In this document: positions 58,536 through 64,000 of the stretch, one piece after another | Position numbering within the stretch: the first letter of the stretch is position 1 | Layout: every line of letters starts with the position of its first letter | Source: the human T2T-CHM13v2.0 reference genome, Homo sapiens | Reading direction: 5' to 3' (one strand) | Assembly: GCF_009914755.1 (NCBI RefSeq) | Contig: NC_060929.1 | Length of the DNA stretch: 64,000 bases | The notes under the pieces: model-generated | What the model was told of the DNA's origin: nothing | Databases searched by the model: none | The model's input: only the letters and a program-made list of their open reading frames with translations | Program-made: the position numbers and the translations under genes

Positions 58536-59569
58536 CAAGAAGTTTTGGCTGCACCAAGATGCTAGCTGTGTGTGTTATTATTTTGACTACCATGTAGTTT
58601 AGTGAAGGTGTTCAGTAAACAGATGACCAAGTTTAATTTTATAATTTTCAGGAGTATTATCCTGATTCTAGTATAGAATTATCCTAATTCTAGTGTTAGA
58701 ATTAGATTTTAGCAATATCTATTACTGTTCTTTGTTTGCCATTTTCCTATTGTACTATTGCTACATTTAGTGATATAAGGCCATCTGGATTCAAATTTCT
58801 AATTATTTTCAACATGTATATTATTTTCAGTGTTGCTTTTGGTAATACATTTGAAATGATAATATTGAGCTACATGAAAAATAAATATATGATTATTCTA
58901 TCTTTTATCAATTGCATGGATTAAATGTAGAGAAAGCTCGTGAGTAATCCCATTATAAAAGATGAGAGAAATAAGAAATACATGCTTAGTGTATATAGAA
59001 GATAATGGGATATGGTGTTTATTTTAAAATATTTACGTACCTGTATTATTCACTACATATGATTACATTGATACCTCAAACAAAATGTGTGAATATAATT
59101 GAATAAAATTATATCTAGAGGGAATTCATTTTCTAAAGTGTGCATAGCAAAGGGTGCTATGTCAAAACATGTAAAATCATCACAGTGTACTTCAGAAACT
59201 TCCAAGTATTGAATATACAAAATAAAAAACATGAATTTGTGCTGTTTTTCAGCCAAAGGCTCTTATCAACAAAGGTTTTCAGTTATTGTGGGAGAACCCT
59301 TTCTTGTTACCGTAGATCATCTTACTACATGATGGTATTTTATCTTTCTCTCGCTCACTTGACCTTATAGGGAAATCACCAGTAAGAATATACTTTTTGT
59401 GACAATGTAAATATTATCCAGTCAAGATAGTAAATATTCATTCCTTAGCTATGATTGCCAGAATTTTCTTAAACTAAGATCAATGTGTGGAATGTCATCA
59501 GTATATAAAATCTTACTAATAACTTGGAAAGACCATGATTTCTTTGTTTCTATATGTGATTTGTGGACG

Positions 59570-60100
<531 letters not shown>

Positions 60101-61273
60101 GGACAGGGAGAATTCTTCTGTTAAGACTTCCCTGAAATTCAAGGTAGGCTAATTGTCCCTTATGTGCTCACTTACCACTGGTGGAAATATCCCTCTTTAA
60201 GACCTAATATAATATACTTTATGTCTTTCTACTGGTAATCAGTAAGTGCTTGGAGGATAGCAAATGCATTTTATTAAAACTTTTACTCCCAGTACATAGC
60301 AGATTGCTGAAGTCACAATTGTTAAATAAATGTTTGTTGCCCTGCACTAAAATGTGTAAGATACTTGATGAGAAAATTTAGAAAATATTTTAAAAGACTT
60401 TTTATGTGTCTATAGAATATTTAACTTAAGATCCATGTGTTTGCTTTATGTGTCAGAGTTTGTTATGTACTATGCTTTTGTATCTTCATGGCTTTTTTTT
60501 TAAATCTAGTTTTTAAACATAAATAATTTTCTGATCTTTTTTAAGTGAAATATTTAAAATACATTAAAAATGTTTTGACATTATGATTATTTGTTTACAC
60601 ATGGTTAAATTATATCTATCTGAATTATGTGAATTATTCTTTGACAAGTGATGATTCTTCATCTCAAAAGCCTAATGAAGATAGTATATTGATTGGTTCT
60701 CTGGTCTTAAATGATAATCTTTCAATAGTAAATTGCAAAGAAGCTTGCTGATATTTCTCTTGCATCGGTTAAATAATAATTTCCAGTAATCAAGCCATGG
60801 CTAATGATGATGGAAGTAACACATTTATGCAACAAAAATTTGCACATATTTCTTCCAGAAGCCAATAAGCAGTTACATGAAGCAACATAAAAGCAATGTT
60901 TTCCATCTTTCAAGCAACCAACAAAATTAAATTTCATTGTTATTATTTAATAAAAATAGTAATATTTATGACTTTATATTACAGTTGGTATACTAATCTT
61001 TTAGTTAATAAATTTACAAGCTTAGTGGGAAAAACAAAACAAAAGCATAAACGAAATCTGTATGCAGTATGGAACTTATTAGGTACATATGACCCGATTC
61101 TAATTTAAAACCTGTAATGCAATTGAAATAATACCCAACATAAAGCTTATGACAAAACAAATGCCTACAATTTACTTTAGAAAGTAAAGCGCATGCAGTT
61201 ATTGAAAAAAATAGACTGTTTACACAGAATGTTAACTGTTCCTTTTGCATTGTTGTATCAAAATAGGTGATAA

Positions 61274-62005
<732 letters not shown>

Positions 62006-62039
62006 GATAGGTGATAACTCTTCAGCTAACATTAATCAG

Positions 62040-62215
62040 GCTCTGTGTGCATGACTTGACTTGTTATTTCTTATATATGTACAAACTCATTTAATACTCA
62101 TAACCCTACATGTACATAGTTTTGATGACCTATTTTACAGATGGGAAAACTGAGACCCAGAGAAGTTAAACAACTCCCCCAAGGTTAGAATCTGATAGTT
62201 GCTAGAATCTGGCGA
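62040..62215 (-). mobile_element. MIR
   Basis: CATTTAATACTCATAACCCTA...ATTTTACAGATGGGAAAACTGAGACCCAGAGAAGTTAAACAACT. Confidence 0.8.
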
Positions 62216-62283
62216 ATGCAGATGTGTTTCAAATTATATTCGTTATTATAATTATATTTCTTATTTGTTAAATAAAAACACAT

Positions 62284-62370
62284 GGGGGTCCAAGATGGCG
62301 GACTAGAAGCCACTAGTATGCCACGGTGCTCATGGAGAGAAATAAAAGGGGTATGTAAATACTACATTTT
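62284..62370 (+). mobile_element. 5' end of an older L1 (5' UTR start), interrupted by the L1HS
   Basis: GGGGGTCCAAGATGGCGGACTAGAAGC: the CAAGATGGC YY1-type motif typical of L1 5' ends, followed by CTCATGGAGAGA...GTAAATAC. Confidence 0.7.
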
Positions 62371-62371
62371 C

Positions 62372-64000
<1,629 letters not shown>

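Overview
This is AT-rich, repeat-dense primate genomic DNA, almost certainly human because it ends in an L1 carrying L1HS-Ta diagnostic bases. It looks like a gene desert or a large intron. I found no host protein-coding exon, RNA gene or prokaryote-type system. Nearly all ORF-track entries are Alu, L1, LTR or microsatellite translations, or short chance ORFs. The window holds about 15 Alus, old and young L1s, solo LTRs (LTR12, probable LTR22, MSTA, MLT1, MLT2), a near-complete THE1C provirus, MER58/MER20, MIR/L2 remnants and microsatellites. The only intact long reading frame is the C-terminal part of ORF2 of a young L1HS-Ta (Ta-0 type) on the minus strand, which runs off the window edge. The most notable observations are: (1) that L1HS-Ta; (2) a twin-primed L1PA with a probable 3' transduction and a nested AluY; (3) a THE1C LTR with a striking CpG excess and an intact DUX4 motif; (4) two independent inverted duplications of flanking sequence across TA/TG microsatellites; (5) several repeat-to-repeat deletion junctions. 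Subfamily names come from my recollection of consensus sequences and need RepeatMasker/Dfam confirmation. I see no convincing evidence of a previously undescribed biological system.
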